Assembly: GCA_951406725.2 (NCBI GenBank)
Contig: OX597814.1
Location: forward strand, 89,776,001 to 89,840,000
Length of the DNA: 64,000 bases
Direction of reading: 5' to 3'
Source of the DNA: Octopus vulgaris
Lineage: Eukaryota
The notes beneath the pieces were generated by a model. It had not been told where the DNA came from. It saw nothing but the letters and a program-made list of their open reading frames with translations, and did not search any database. Below, piece by piece: positions 1 through 12,922 of this stretch; within the stretch, counting starts at the first letter, position 1, and every line of letters begins with the position of its first letter. Both the position numbers and the translations under genes were made by a program.

Positions 1-302
1 CTTTAATCAAGCAACTCGACCCCGGGACATATTCTTTTGTAAGCCCAGTACTTATTCTATTGGTCTCTTTGCCGAACCAGCATCGGTTGTCAAGCAATGC
101 TAGGGGGACAAACAGAGACACACAAACACACACACGCATATATATACGACGGGCTTCTTTCAGTTTCCATCTACCAAATCCACTCACAAGGCTTTGGTCG
201 GCCCGAGGCTATAGTAGAAGACACTTGGCCAAGGTGCCACGCAGTGGGACTGAACCCAGAGCCATGTGGTTGGTTAGCAAGCTACTTACCACACAACCAC
301 TC
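1..302 (-). mobile_element. tRNA-derived SINE, family A (3' end runs off the window)
   Basis: Minus strand reads a tRNA-like head (gtggttgtgtggtaag...ggttcagtccc), then ccttggccaagtgtcttctactatagcctcgggccgaccaaagcc, an internal TA/TG tract and a tail. The same sequence recurs more than 10 times in the window. Confidence 0.8.
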
Positions 303-339
303 TATATATATGTGTGTGTGTGTGTATGTATTTCCCTAG

Positions 340-530
340 TCTTTTACACGTTACACTCATTTAACTGCGGCCATGCTGGAGCACTGCCTTATGGGGTTGA
401 AGAAATCGACTCCAGAACTTACTCTTTGTAAGCCTAGTACTTATTCTATATGTCTCTTTTCCCGAACCGCTAAGTTACGGGGTGGGGTCAAACAGTCACA
501 AAGACACACACAGTAAATATATATACATGT

Positions 531-608
<78 letters not shown>

Positions 609-667
609 CTATACACACACGCACACATACACACACAGACACACACACAGACACACACGCATGTATA

Positions 668-733
<66 letters not shown>

Positions 734-891
734 CGATGGGTTTCTTTTAATTTTCGTCTACCAAATCAATTCAAGGCTTTGATCGGCCCGAGTCTATAGT
801 AGAAGATACCTGTCCAAGGTGTCACGTAGTGGCACTGAACCCGGAACCATGTCGCGAAGCAAGCTTCTTACCACACAGCCACGCTTGCGCC
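340..891 (-). mobile_element. SINE family A, near full length with expanded internal microsatellite
   Basis: Head at 891, conserved body 735-830, (TA)n/(CA)n/(TCTA)n at 520-725, tail 340-500 homologous to other copies. Confidence 0.8.
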
Positions 892-916
892 TTATATGTA
901 TACACACACACACACA

Positions 917-955
<39 letters not shown>

Positions 956-1868
956 ACACACACTCACACATATACATATATATACGCACAAATACCAGTA
1001 AATACCATTTAATCAATAATTATAAATATATGTTAAGTATTTAAGTATATAAATATTGAACTATTTCTATATTTTCTGTCTATTGTGTAAGATTTTGATA
1101 TATACTGAGTGTATTTTGCTGCGGGTGTTCAGACAGTTTATCACCCATACTTACACGTGCCTTCATTCCATTATCTAAAGTTTTCATTGAATATTTTGCT
1201 GTTTTCGGTTGCAGCATATAAAGGTTTTTAAAATGAAGCGTTACCCGTACCTGAAGATTTATTTTAAAGGAAAGGTCTTGCACAGAGTCAATCTCACTCG
1301 TTCAGTAACGTATGCATTTGCCCCAAAAGAACTACTAGTTTGCATCATTGGATGTAAAAGGTGTATAAATATTCTTCTTAATAATCTTTGGAATAGCCCT
1401 AAATTTTATCTGTATATACATAGCAGCAGTGTTTTATAGTAGTTAAATGTAGTACTATATGATAAGACTTACCCTATCCCATTAACATTGGTCTGCTTAA
1501 TAGCAGCCAACATCTTGTTTGAAGTATTCTCTCACTAAACCTAATGACATTGCTTCAAATAAATCTTGATTTATGGCTATGCCATTTAGATTGTCTATTT
1601 ACCCCACCCCAAACTGATACTACCCCCTGTCTTCTCTCAGATTTGATAAACTAGTCTATAAAATTAAAACTGACCCCCGCCCCCGTATTTAAAACTAAGT
1701 AACAGAAATAATCAGTGAAAAGCAGTGTCTTTTTTGAAAAACATTTCAGTTACAACTATGATGTTGTTGGTAAAACATGGTTTTTGTCTATCTCCTTATC
1801 CTTTTGGAGAATTTGGATAAAATTATACTAATGAGTCCTTCAAATTTAATTAAATTCTATATTTTTTG

Positions 1869-1955
1869 TGCAGCTGAAGATTGCTCTACATTTTAAATTG
1901 ATGTAATGTTTGCATTGTTCTATTAAATGGAGTCGTATGAAACGATCGTACTGCA
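1869..1955 (+). ncRNA. Minimal type I hammerhead ribozyme in a ~210-bp non-coding element (1777-1990)
   Basis: Stem I tgcag/ctgca; core CTGAAGA 1874-1880; long stem II; GAAA 1939-1942; palindromic stem III cgatcg; predicted GUA cleavage site. Homologue at 52605-52690. Confidence 0.85.
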
Positions 1956-1986
1956 TTACCTCTGGATATCCTTGTTGCTTATTTTG

Positions 1987-2043
<57 letters not shown>

Positions 2044-2049
2044 ATAAGT

Positions 2050-3195
2050 TAAATAGTGATACAATTCACAATCCAATAATTTATATCATAATATAACATA
2101 ATATACTATGAATATAATATAATATAAAATAACAAATAATTATTAAAAAAACCAAAGAAGCCAACAATTTGTTTCGACTTATATGCATATCTATAGGGTA
2201 TTTTAGGTTATATTGATTGCAGCTCTAAATTTATTTTCATTATTACGGAATTCTCCCTACGATACATTAAGTAAACAAAGAAATTTTTTGTTAGGTTCCT
2301 ATTCATATTTATTACGGAATTCTCTCTCATAAACAATAAAGAGCATTTCTTATTAGTTACTTTAAACAATCTTTTTTTATATCAATAACTTTAAATAAAT
2401 AGATGAGTTGTTATATATTAAAAATATAATTATCATTTATATTTTTTCCACGTTTTATTTCAATTTCTAGATTAAGTAAGACCCTGATACTTAATTATAT
2501 ACATATGCAGAGTGATCCCAAAGTAGGTTTATAGGTATTCAACTATCTCTTCCGCTTTCATATATTAAGAGTTTACATCTTAATTATATAAAAAAAACTA
2601 TGAAACCATAATTCTATGCGGATTTAGCTGATTTTATCAAGCTCCCTTTTTAGTTTGTGAGGTAGAAATTTAAATGTAATAAAATGTTTTAAAAGAAATT
2701 TAAAGTGCCTACGTGATAACTATAAACCTTCTTTTGGTCCACTCTGTATATTATTGTTGTATGTTATTACAAAAGCGAAAGATTGTCTTCGACATAAACG
2801 TGTTTGGTTTAATATTATTTGCGATATATGTAGATTCTATTTACTAAATAATTTTGTCCGTTATAATTTTGCTGTTTTTAATTGTAATTAATATGTAGTT
2901 GAATGGCTAATGCTGATGCGCATAATACATAGGCATTTGAATTAATTTTTTTTTACAATCCAGCCGTCATTTCACACGGAATTTTGTCTATCTTTAAATC
3001 GTAGGCTGTGATGAGGTTTATATAAAGGAATTGAATTGTTTATATATCAAAAATGTATAAAAGTCGAAACAAACCGTTGGCTTTTTTGGTTTTTTAATAC
3101 TTGTTTATGTTATCTTATATTATATTATATTCATAGCATATAATGTTATATTATGATATAAATTACTGCATTGTTAATTGTATCTCTCTATTTAA
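2050..3195. repeat. Diverged ~135-bp inverted repeat (2050-2188 / 3053-3195), probably an old Penelope-type fold-back
   Basis: aaccaaagaagccaacaatttgtttcgactt is approximately the reverse complement of aagtcgaaacaaaccgttggcttttttggtt, and the AT-rich flanks also match. Bounded by (TA)n tracts. Confidence 0.6.
2508..2746. mobile_element. Tc1/mariner-type MITE
   Basis: ~27-bp imperfect TIRs (cagagtgatcccaaagtaggtttatag / ctataaaccttcttttggtccactctg); TA on the right flank, TG on the left. Confidence 0.65.
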
Positions 3196-4244
3196 TTTAT
3201 GGTTTGTAATTTTAATTATACCCATATTTATGTGGTACTCAACCGCCGTACCAGTGAATTGGACGTTTTACATACCCCTTTGAAGGAATTTTTCCTTAGT
3301 TTGTTACTTTATATATATATATGAAAGAAGGTTTGAAAATGCAATTCTAAAGATGCTTATTCACTTGACCGGTTTCACATTTTTAGAAAAAGATTGTCAA
3401 AAGTAAAATGTAAAGCTTTGTATAAGCTTTGTTGTGTTAAGTACTTGTTATCACAACATATTAAAATACATATATACATTCTTTGGTAATTATAAGAAAA
3501 TGTTAAAACAGTTTACAAAGAAATATCTTGAGAAAATATTAAACAAAAAGTTCAGTAAAAATATTAGGAGTTCATTAATAATCATGTTTGTTTGGAAGTA
3601 TCTATATACATGCACAGAAAAGTCTTAGGAGTTAAAAAAAAAGGCATATTTGGTAGTATATATATATACAGAAGGAGATATATTTAGGAATTTACAAAGA
3701 ATTTGAGATGAACTGACCTGCTTTAGCCTTTTTTTTTATTTTGTATGAAGCTAAGGGTTGTTTGCTATTTTAAGGGACAGTTTTTTTGGTGGGGTGGGGT
3801 GGGGGAGGAAGAGCATTGTGGAATTGAAAGGATTTTTTTGTTTCCCTTTCATGGGTCAGTGGTTTTGGGGACTGGTCAGACTGGTGTGAGTGTGTGTGTC
3901 TCTGTGTACGTCTCTATGTGTGTGAGTGTATACATGTGTTTGTGTTTGTGTGTATGGGCCATTTTTGATTGGTCCCAGAGTTTATTGTGATGTATATAAA
4001 TGTATCTGTGGGTGTTTTATATTTGGTAGGATGGTGTGTGTCTATGTGTGGTTTGTTTTCCTACTCGTAACATAGTGGTTCGGCATGGGGGTTCGATAGA
4101 ATGAGTATCACACTTAAAAAAATATATTCGATGGTGTCGATGTGTTCAACTAAATCATTTAAGACAGAGCCCTCCTAATCGACGAAAAAAGAGGATGAAA
4201 AATACAATGCCTTAAAATTTGAAATAGGAGTATGAGAACTGTAA

Positions 4245-4740
4245 AGGTCATACCTATAATAATTGGTTTGTTGGGAACATAGTCATTAACGACAGAAAAG
4301 AAAATACCTTTAGACTAATAGATGTTAATGTTCCAACTGATAAAAATATATCTGTAAAAGAATTTGACAAATTAATTAAATATAAGGAGCTGGAAATTGA
4401 AATACAAAAGATGTGGCATCATAATGCAGGAACTGTTCTTGTTCTTGTGGGTGCCCTAGGTATGATAAGAAAGGGATGTCTGAAATATCTAGATAATATC
4501 CCAGAAAAACCGTCTCAGAGAAATCCAAAAGACTGCGTTGACAAGTACTGACCACATCATAAGAAAGACCAAGCTAATTTAAATGTGTGTTGTATTAGAT
4601 GAAAATATTTCACTACTGCCCCAGTTACTTGCCCCCCACAAGCTTTCAGTCATACTGTAACATCTCTTACCCTTCACTCGCCCTAGGATGCTGGGTGTAT
4701 CTCGGCGAGTGATTGTTATAAATATGCAGATTAAAAGTAA
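4245..4740 (+). mobile_element. 3' fragment of an R4/Dong-type non-LTR retrotransposon (restriction-like endonuclease)
   Basis: Translates to NIVINDRKENTFRLIDVNVPTDKNISVKEFDKLIKYKELEIEIQKMW...VLVGALGMI, matching the endonuclease region at 45169-45471. Followed by (TAA)n. Confidence 0.8.
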
Positions 4741-4784
4741 ATAATAATAATGACAATAATGATGATGTTAATAATAATAATAAT

Positions 4785-4822
<38 letters not shown>

Positions 4823-4825
<3 letters not shown>

Positions 4826-5375
4826 CCTGATGCAGTACCAGGCAGTGGCTCTCATGGCTTCTGATCTTAACTAATTGTAAATGTTGTCTTGTACATTGTT
4901 CTGTCTTGGTATAAAAGATGGGCTACAGCAAATATTCTGCCAATACCACAGATTTGCTTGTAAGTTGTTTGACCTTAACCAGTTGAGCATGTCCCTTAGC
5001 GGCTGACGATATGGGCATCCCTGATCATGTGCAGAAGTAGTGGGGGAGCATCAACGCCATGTGTTGAGAGGGATTCTTTGGGGTTTGAATAATTCACCTC
5101 TGGAAACATGGTTGCTTCGTTCAGCATCCTTAAACAACCCTTATTCAGAGACCATTTGAACGGGTTGGGTTACTCGATCAAAAGAAAATTCTAACTGGGC
5201 CCCATCTGCAAGATCATGTGCTGTTTATCTTGATATGAGATCACCATGTCGCGCACATATGGTTGTGATGCATGTGCCTGGTGTACCCTTGTAAGACGGG
5301 TAGTCATGATGGGTATAAGGGCTTCGTATATTTTACCCCAGTGTCACTTTGATGGCATGCACTGCTCTCTCACTC

Positions 5376-5376
<1 letters not shown>
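4823..5376 (+). mobile_element. ~550-bp non-coding element flanked by (TAA)n (copy 1)
   Basis: Homologous to 33859-34422, 34447-34766 and 46561-47064 (minus). Same ends (ccctgatgcagtaccaggc ... gctctctcactc). Confidence 0.8.
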
Positions 5377-5436
<60 letters not shown>

Positions 5437-6096
5437 TATGCATGTATATATAAACGTTTAATTATCTTATACAACGTAGGTTCATGTGAAACATGCATTG
5501 TGACTCAAATGATTTTAGTGTATCATTTATGATGTAATTTAAGTGAAATTCCTTCAGTGCAAATCGATAATGGTCACTCGTCTTGCTGGGAGCCAGCCAC
5601 TTTCCTATTTAGTGCTTACCACTTCTGATCGCCAACAAAAGATGTCTAGACACAACTCTTTGTTGAGGCTGCGGTGGTGTTTTTTGTTGTTGTTTAAAGA
5701 AATTTTTTAGAAGCTAACCTATGATAAAAGATGCTTCAGCCACGATTGTCAGTTACTTCTCTTAGGCAATGTCTGTCTAGGAATATTATATCTAATTTGT
5801 CGACGTGCTATGTTCAAGACAGTGCAATTTGTTGAAAGTTTTATTCTTATTACAGCAAGTCGAGGAATCACGCAGGCTGTATATCTTTGGATCTATGTTG
5901 AGCAAATAGACGGTCTAAGAAAGTTGTATATGGTATCAAAGAAGCAGCCCTTCGGGCATTTTGTTACTGTTCACTATAAGGATCTATCTATCTGTCTGTC
6001 TGTCTGTCTGTTAGTCTGTCTGTCTGTATATATTTATGTGCTGATATTTATATATGCATGTATATTGATATAAATATTTATATATGCATACATACA

Positions 6097-6167
<71 letters not shown>

Positions 6168-6168
<1 letters not shown>

Positions 6169-6700
6169 AGATAACACTTACTTGGAAATGGATGCGGGGC
6201 GTTCAATCATATAATATTATAAATAATATATAAATATATAGCATACATATATATGCACATACACATATCTGTATATACATGCATATATGGGCACAGGACA
6301 TCACGGAACGTAAACAACATAACATAAACATAAAATACGAAAACAACATGAACTACGAAATACAACAAACTTTTTTGCGAACAACAAAAGAAACAAACGG
6401 AAAATAAGACAAGCAACACAAAAAACTACCCTTCATCAGTTGTTGGCCGTTTTTCTACTTCGTATTTCGAGCATTTCAGAACAAGATACGTATTCGACAT
6501 AACAGTTGCTCCTGCAAAGCAAATTAAGTAAAATTTGGGAAATTGCGGAGGGTCAAAGATGGTAAACAAAAATGAGACAGTAAAAACAGACAGGTAGGGC
6601 TGCTAAGCCTAGACGAGTTTGAGTTGGTGAACGAGGAGAAACAAGCTCTGATAGGAGACAGACAAGAATGCGTCCAATCAATGTGCCTGATCAGAGAGAA
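6168..6700. repeat. Unclassified dispersed repeat
   Basis: Shares cccttcatcagttgt, cagttgctcc and atgcatatatggg blocks with 55650-56390; its ttacttggaaatggatgcggggcgttcaat block is the reverse complement of gaacgccacgcatcc blocks at 27488 and 56701. Confidence 0.55.
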
Positions 6701-7981
6701 AGATAGAATTTCACACACACACATACACACACATATATGCATATACACACACACATTATCTCGTATTTTGGCGTATATGGGTTATCTTTTCCAATGTATT
6801 CTTCCTAATTCAAGACAACAGAATGGGATTTGAAATAAATTTGTTTGCTATTATCCAGCAGATTGCGTATTCAGGTTGAAGCTTACTTTCCATAAACCCA
6901 ATGTAAACTTTGGCATTGTCATTTGGCTCGGATTAGTCACAGTAGCTGTAAGGCGTTCCAGTTGTGACAGTTCCGTCATTTGTATACCAGGAACCGTATT
7001 GTTTCGATATAGACTTTACTTAAGCTTATGTTGTGTGAGAACTTGTATGGCAGCTGAATTGTTGCGTGTTTATCAAACCTTGATATGACTCATGATAAAA
7101 CTATTTGACGTTAGGAAGAATGTTTCTCAGAGCTGCAAAAACCCGTTTTATTATTATGCAAATATATAAACGTAGCAAGCTGGCGGGATTGTTTGAGAGC
7201 AGTATTTGTTTTGGCTCTGCACGCACCGAGTTCAAATCCAAGAAAGATCAATTTTGACTTTCATTCTTTGTGGATCGATAACCTAAAATACCATCCTTGT
7301 GCTGATATCGATGTCCCCATCCCATCCCATCCCTTAAAAACGGCTGGCTTTTTGCCTAAATCAGAAACAATTATTTATACAAATATATAGATTTCAGTAA
7401 AATCTAAAGCATAAAAGGAAATTATAAAACTATAAAATCCAACTAAAGCAAATATATTTTGAATTACTTTTCAATTTTGAATGAGTGATTTTATCTAAAG
7501 ATTATTCAATATAATGTTTGGTATATTAGTGTAAATATTCTCATTTTAATGATAGTAAATATCCATCATCGGAGATTACGGGGGCGTATGTAGAAGCATT
7601 CATATCCATGGAACCGAAGCGTAGACTTTGAGGCTTCTTCAGCACCGTGTTGAAAGCTCAAGGTATCTCTTAGTGTGAGCACCAGTCTAAAGACAAGATT
7701 TGTGGATATATTGCTGCCATGTCTGCTTTTGTTGCTTAGTGCAGGGTTGGCTGTGTTGGTCACAGTTGTAATGTTGAACAGTACCTCATGTCTAATAGCT
7801 ACATTGATGGGAAACGTACCAAAGGTAATGGAAAGCAGAGATGCCTGATGCAGTCTCGTACAATGTATATCAGTTGCAGTCATTTGAAAAGAAATCTCTC
7901 TCTCTCTATCTAGCTATCTATTTATCTATATCTATATGTATAAATATATACATACAACATACATATACATAAATACATACG

Positions 7982-8222
7982 TATCAGATGATCACGTGAC
8001 CGACCGGACTATCAGTTATTATAACACTTCGCTGGTCACGATGCGCTTTGCATCATTTTAGCCTTCATATGATGACACCTCTCTGGCTAGGCGAGCAGGC
8101 CAACATTTGTCTCTGATCTAAAGGGAGACTGAAACAACGTGAAAGGAAGAGTTTCACACAAGAACACAATGCGCCGCCCGGTCAGGGAATCAAATCCACG
8201 TAATGGCTGTACCACGAGGTCA
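7982..8222 (-). mobile_element. SINE family C
   Basis: Degenerate tRNA-like head on the minus strand (gtggatttgattccctgaccgggcggcgcattgtgttcttg); second partial copy at 10673-10833. Confidence 0.6.
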
Positions 8223-9401
8223 CGCACCTTCACACACACACACACACACACGCACACACATACACACACAGACAGACACACACACACACAAACACACACA
8301 CAGACACACACACACACAACACGTACGTACGTATGTATGTATATGATTCATTCGTCTGTCTCGAATTTTCAATGAATAGTGTTGACGTGGCATGAACCAT
8401 TGCTGCTTCTACCTCATCCAAATTTGCGACTACTTACTTATGTAAAGAGAAGTGATCAGGGAAGTTGATTGAATATTTTAAATGAGATACGAATTCACAA
8501 ATCTTAATATAACAATCAAATAATATCTTATCTAGTTGGCCATCAAAGCTGCATCACACAGTTACAACCAGCAAATTTTATGTAAATCTAAACACACGCA
8601 TTCCCAAATGCAAATACCCACAAACAAACGCACATACGCACAAGCAAATACAAACATACATATCGATGCACAGTTTTAAGCTCACACACATTCAAAGAGA
8701 TATAACAAATACACACTGACGAAAAGATAAAATAACTCCAGCTAGGAAAAAAATCTGAAGTATTTACATTTACAACGCCGCCAACAATTGATATCTAAGT
8801 CTGGTAATTTCCTTTAATTTCCAGCTTCAATCGTTCGCTATTTGTTAATAGATTTATCCAATAGATATTATATCATCCAATCAGTTTATCGACTTAGAAA
8901 AGACGGAACACGAAGAAATCAATGTGCAATTGCAGAGGTTCAATCAATAATTTATTAAACTGGACAGTTTATTAATATTTTGTGGATAGAACACGCCAGT
9001 GATTCCTTAGTAAGTGATGTGGCTGCTTGATAAAACGCAATAACCATGTGTTTACTATTTCCAAATCCAGTGAATGGAGAAATATTCTGGTGAATGTCGT
9101 AGAATAGGAAACAAGTTCTTGGTGACCAAAGAATGCGAATCAATTTTCATTCCTATTAGATGCTAATCTATTTCAATTTGTATCAATGATACTCTCAGAA
9201 AATAATGCATGAATATCACTGCACAGCACATACGCTTTTCTACAAATATAAAAAAAATTAGCAAGCAATTTGATTTAAGTTGTCGAAAATCGTCGACTTT
9301 TAATCGAAGCAATTTCTGTTAAATTACGTAAAAATTGACATCAAAAAACCCCATTCATGTCACAACTGAATGGATCATCTATTAAGTATATGACTTTTGT
9401 A

Positions 9402-9955
9402 TTGGGTTGTCCGGAAAGTTCGTGCCGATTTTTAAAGGAAAGAGATACTTGCCATAGTATTTTTAATCAACCAAATATGAACCATTTTGTTGCACAATGC
9501 GTCTCCATCTTTCCTTTAACTTGAAAATACTCTCTTTCCAGAATTGAGGTGGTTTCATGGCAAATAATTCATTAAGGTATCTTTTTACGTCATCCTATGA
9601 ATTGAAATTTTTACCATTAAGACTAATCTGCAGGAACCTGAATAAGTGGAAATCCGAAGGAGCAATATCTGGTGAATATGGAAGGTGGGGTAACACATCC
9701 CAGCCGAGCTGCAGCAATTTTTGTATGGTTCCCAAATCATCAAGTGCCAAAAATGAACTTTCTTATCTTCTATTTTAAAGGGTTACAGATTTAACACAGG
9801 TTATAGGAACATAAACCCTCTTCTACGAAAATATAGCTTAAACTGTGCTCTAAATGGAGGTGTAATCAAAACCAATTTTATGAACTCAATCATGTTCTAA
9901 AATAAATGGAAATATAAGCTACTATAAATCGGTACGAACTTTCCGGACAACCCAA
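9402..9955 (-). mobile_element. Internally deleted mariner transposon
   Basis: ~30-bp TIRs (ttgggttgtccggaaagttcgtgccgattt) with TA duplications at 9400 and 9956. Minus strand retains the transposase C-terminus LGWDVLPHLPYSPDIAPSDFHLFR...ERWRRIVQQNGSY. Confidence 0.9.
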
Positions 9956-10617
9956 TACTTCTTTGAAATCCTAAATTTATATCACTGTATAGCTAGCGTA
10001 TTTGCCAAGCAACAACTTCTAATAATTATAGTATTGTAGATTCTTTGTACATCTGTTTAAAAAAAACAAGACTTTTAAAGTGAAATTTAAAAGATAGAGC
10101 TAGTGGGTAATTCCTTAGAATACAAACACCAAACACCTTATTCGTCAGCCAAATCACTTAAGAGTGCTTATCCCCACATTCGTCAGCCAAATCACTTCCC
10201 GAGGGCTTATTTCCATATTCCTCAGCTAAATCACTTAAAGTGCTGGGCTGTAACTTAAAACGATTATAGTTCTTGAGTTGCCTTCCATTATTCTGATAAG
10301 CAAGTTAAGGAACATTTTATCACTGTTCAAAGTTTTTAGTTTACATAGGCTGCGAGGCATTCTAACTATTGAGCTTGTTGATGGTTTCCATGCTAAACTA
10401 AATAGAAAAATCCAACCATTTTCTAACCTGTTCAATTTTGGGTCGAAGACATCATAAAATAAGTAATGTTATTCAATTAATGTCACGTTTATATTCCATG
10501 TAGCTACTACATCTTTGAAGTCAGAGAACTAGTTAATAAAATTTGGAATTCGCTCATATAATATCGAGAGTTTGGATATGCATTTGAGGTACCACGTCAC
10601 ACCATACGCTTGGTTAT

Positions 10618-10884
10618 TCTCCGAACATGATTTTATTAAAATCGTTTGCAGCATAATAACTTGTATAGACACTTCTTGTGTGAAACTCTTCCTTTCACGT
10701 TGTTTCAGTCTCCCTTTAGATCAGAGACAAATGTTGAGAGTGCTCGGCCATATGTCATTATGAAGGCTAAATGATGCAAAGCGCATCGTGACTAGCGAAG
10801 TGTTATAATAACTGATTGGTCGGTCACGTGATCTCCGAACATGATTTTATTAAAATCGTTTGCAGCATAATAACTTGTATAGAC
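10618..10884 (+). mobile_element. Truncated SINE-C copy flanked by a perfect 53-bp direct duplication
   Basis: 10618-10670 is identical to 10832-10884; the insert is largely the reverse complement of 7990-8164. Confidence 0.8.
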
Positions 10885-11365
10885 GCTGAGTTTATATACG
10901 TTAGCAGTTCTAAGCTGTGATAACTCGGTGACTCTGATCCTTGATTTAAAATAAGACTCTCAGCCCAGCTCGTTGTGTGTCGCTTTTGGTCAGCGGACGA
11001 CAATTTTGTTCAAGAATGCACATTTACCATGATACTTTCTACACTTAACCTGTAACTCTACACAGCATTTTAGCACTCGGGTGCTGCTAAAGAGTTGTCT
11101 ATGCTTGACTCAGGAGGGCTTATTTCCGTATTCGTTCGTCACGATTATATCTTGACGCTGAAACATATCTGCCGCCGGGAGCCCTGACAAGAATCTGATC
11201 TATCTCACAATATGAAAGCAAATTCTCTCCACATATCACAATAATTAGTAGTAGCAGTAATGATATTCTACATGATCACAAGAGGGAAATACAATCAAAT
11301 GTATGTATGTATGTATGTATGTATGTATGTATGTATGTATGTATGTATGTATGTATGTATGTATG

Positions 11366-11397
<32 letters not shown>

Positions 11398-11461
11398 CGT
11401 AAACATACACATACACGTGTACATATACGCATGCATACATACATACATACATATATATATA

Positions 11462-12731
11462 CGAGGGCCGTTCAATAAGTAATGCCCCTGACCCACTTCC
11501 CATAGCAGTAGAGCAACCACACTTGGCACAGTTATTAGTCTTTTCCTACATAGGAACTACCCAGAGTTATGCATTTCTCCCATCGTTTGATACAGCTCTG
11601 GAGACCGTTTTTGTAGAAGACCCCAGCTTGGTCCTCCAACCACGACTTGACTTCAGAAATCAAGGCTGCATCATCTGGGAAACGCTTTCCTTTCAAAATC
11701 AACTTCATGGCTGGGAAGAGGTGAAAATCAGAGGGTGCAAGGGGAGGAGTTCATAGCTGCACGCCTGTGCTTCTGATCTGGCGACACGCGAGTTGTGGAC
11801 CGGAGCGTTGTCCTGCAGGAGGAGGATGCCTTTGCTGATCTTGCCCCGCCTCTTGATTTTGATAGCTTCTCTTAATTTCCTCAAAAGTGAAGCATAATAG
11901 GCTCCTGTAATTGTGGTACCCTTTGCCAGGAAATCTGTCATCACTACTCCGTCCTGGTCCCAGAAGACTGTGAGCATAACCTTGTCAGCGGAGGGCTGCA
12001 CCCTTGCCTTCTTTGGAGGAGGTGAGTCACGGTGCTTTCACTGCATTGACTGGGCTTTGGTCTATGGATCATAGTGATGGACCCAGGTTTTATCCTGTGT
12101 GATCAGTCTTTTGAAAAATTTTGACTCATCTTCTTGGCACATCTCCAAATTCATCCTCGAGCACTCAACGCGTTCTTGCTTCTGGAAAGGTGTGAGTAAC
12201 CTGGAAATCCATCTGGCAGACACCTTTTGCATATGCAAATGGTCATGAATGATAGTTTCCACAGACCCGGTACTAATCTTGACCTTATGGGCTATTTGGC
12301 GAATAGTTATGCGTTGACCTTCCAAAATGGCAGCCTCAACTTGACGGACAGACGTCTCATCAACGGCAGAAGGGGGCGACCAGATCTGGGAGCTGTTTCC
12401 ACAGAGTTCCGACTATGTTTGAATTCACAATGCCAGCGTTTTACAAGGTCATATGATGGGGCATCATCACCATAAGTTACTTTCATTTCATCAAAAGTCT
12501 CTCGTGGTGTGCGTCCTTTCAAATACAAAAACCAGATCACTGCTCGACACTCAACAGGCTCCATTTCACACTTGACTCAGTTCAAACACCTGTAAATCAG
12601 AAACCACAATTAGTTCAGAGCTGTAATTCGCCACTTAATCTATAGAGGTATAAATAAGTGAACATGCAAAATTTCAGCTAGATCAAACAACTGCAAGTGG
12701 GTCAGGGGCATTACTTATTGAACGCCCCTCG
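11462..12731 (-). mobile_element. Full-length (1.27 kb) mariner transposon
   Basis: TIRs cgagggccgttcaataagtaatgcccctgacccac / gtgggtcaggggcattacttattgaacgcccctcg; TA target duplication; inserted in a TA/TACA microsatellite. Confidence 0.95.
11535..12564 (-). pseudogene. Mariner transposase, frameshifted (probably irritans-like subfamily)
   Basis: ORF pieces MEPVECRAVIWFLYLKG (HTH), LITQDKTWVHHYDP, KVMLTVFWD...LLLQDNAPVH and RWEKCITLGSSYV are split by frameshifts and stops; the YSPDL region appears deleted. Confidence 0.9.
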
Positions 12732-12857
12732 TACATACATTGTTATATATATTTATGCAAATACACAGGCATATGCATATGTAGGCTCAAACACCCTCAT
12801 AAATACACTGGCGTACTCTCGCTGTCACATAGACAGGCATATGTAGATATTTACATA

Positions 12858-12922
<65 letters not shown>

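Noticed and set aside
241-302. tRNA-like sequences at SINE heads
   Set aside because: No complete cloverleaf; they are attached to SINE bodies and are not tRNA genes.
1248-1410. Possible minus-strand exon with a CAG|GTAC donor
   Set aside because: Stops in all three frames between the candidate acceptor and donor.
3363-3404. Hammerhead relic on the minus strand (GAAA-ccgg-TC, stem I actt/aagt)
   Set aside because: CUGANGA core is reduced to ttga; not counted as a ribozyme.
7566-7883. 105-aa ORF of non-repetitive composition
   Set aside because: No recognisable motif; probably a decayed LINE 3' end that I cannot classify.
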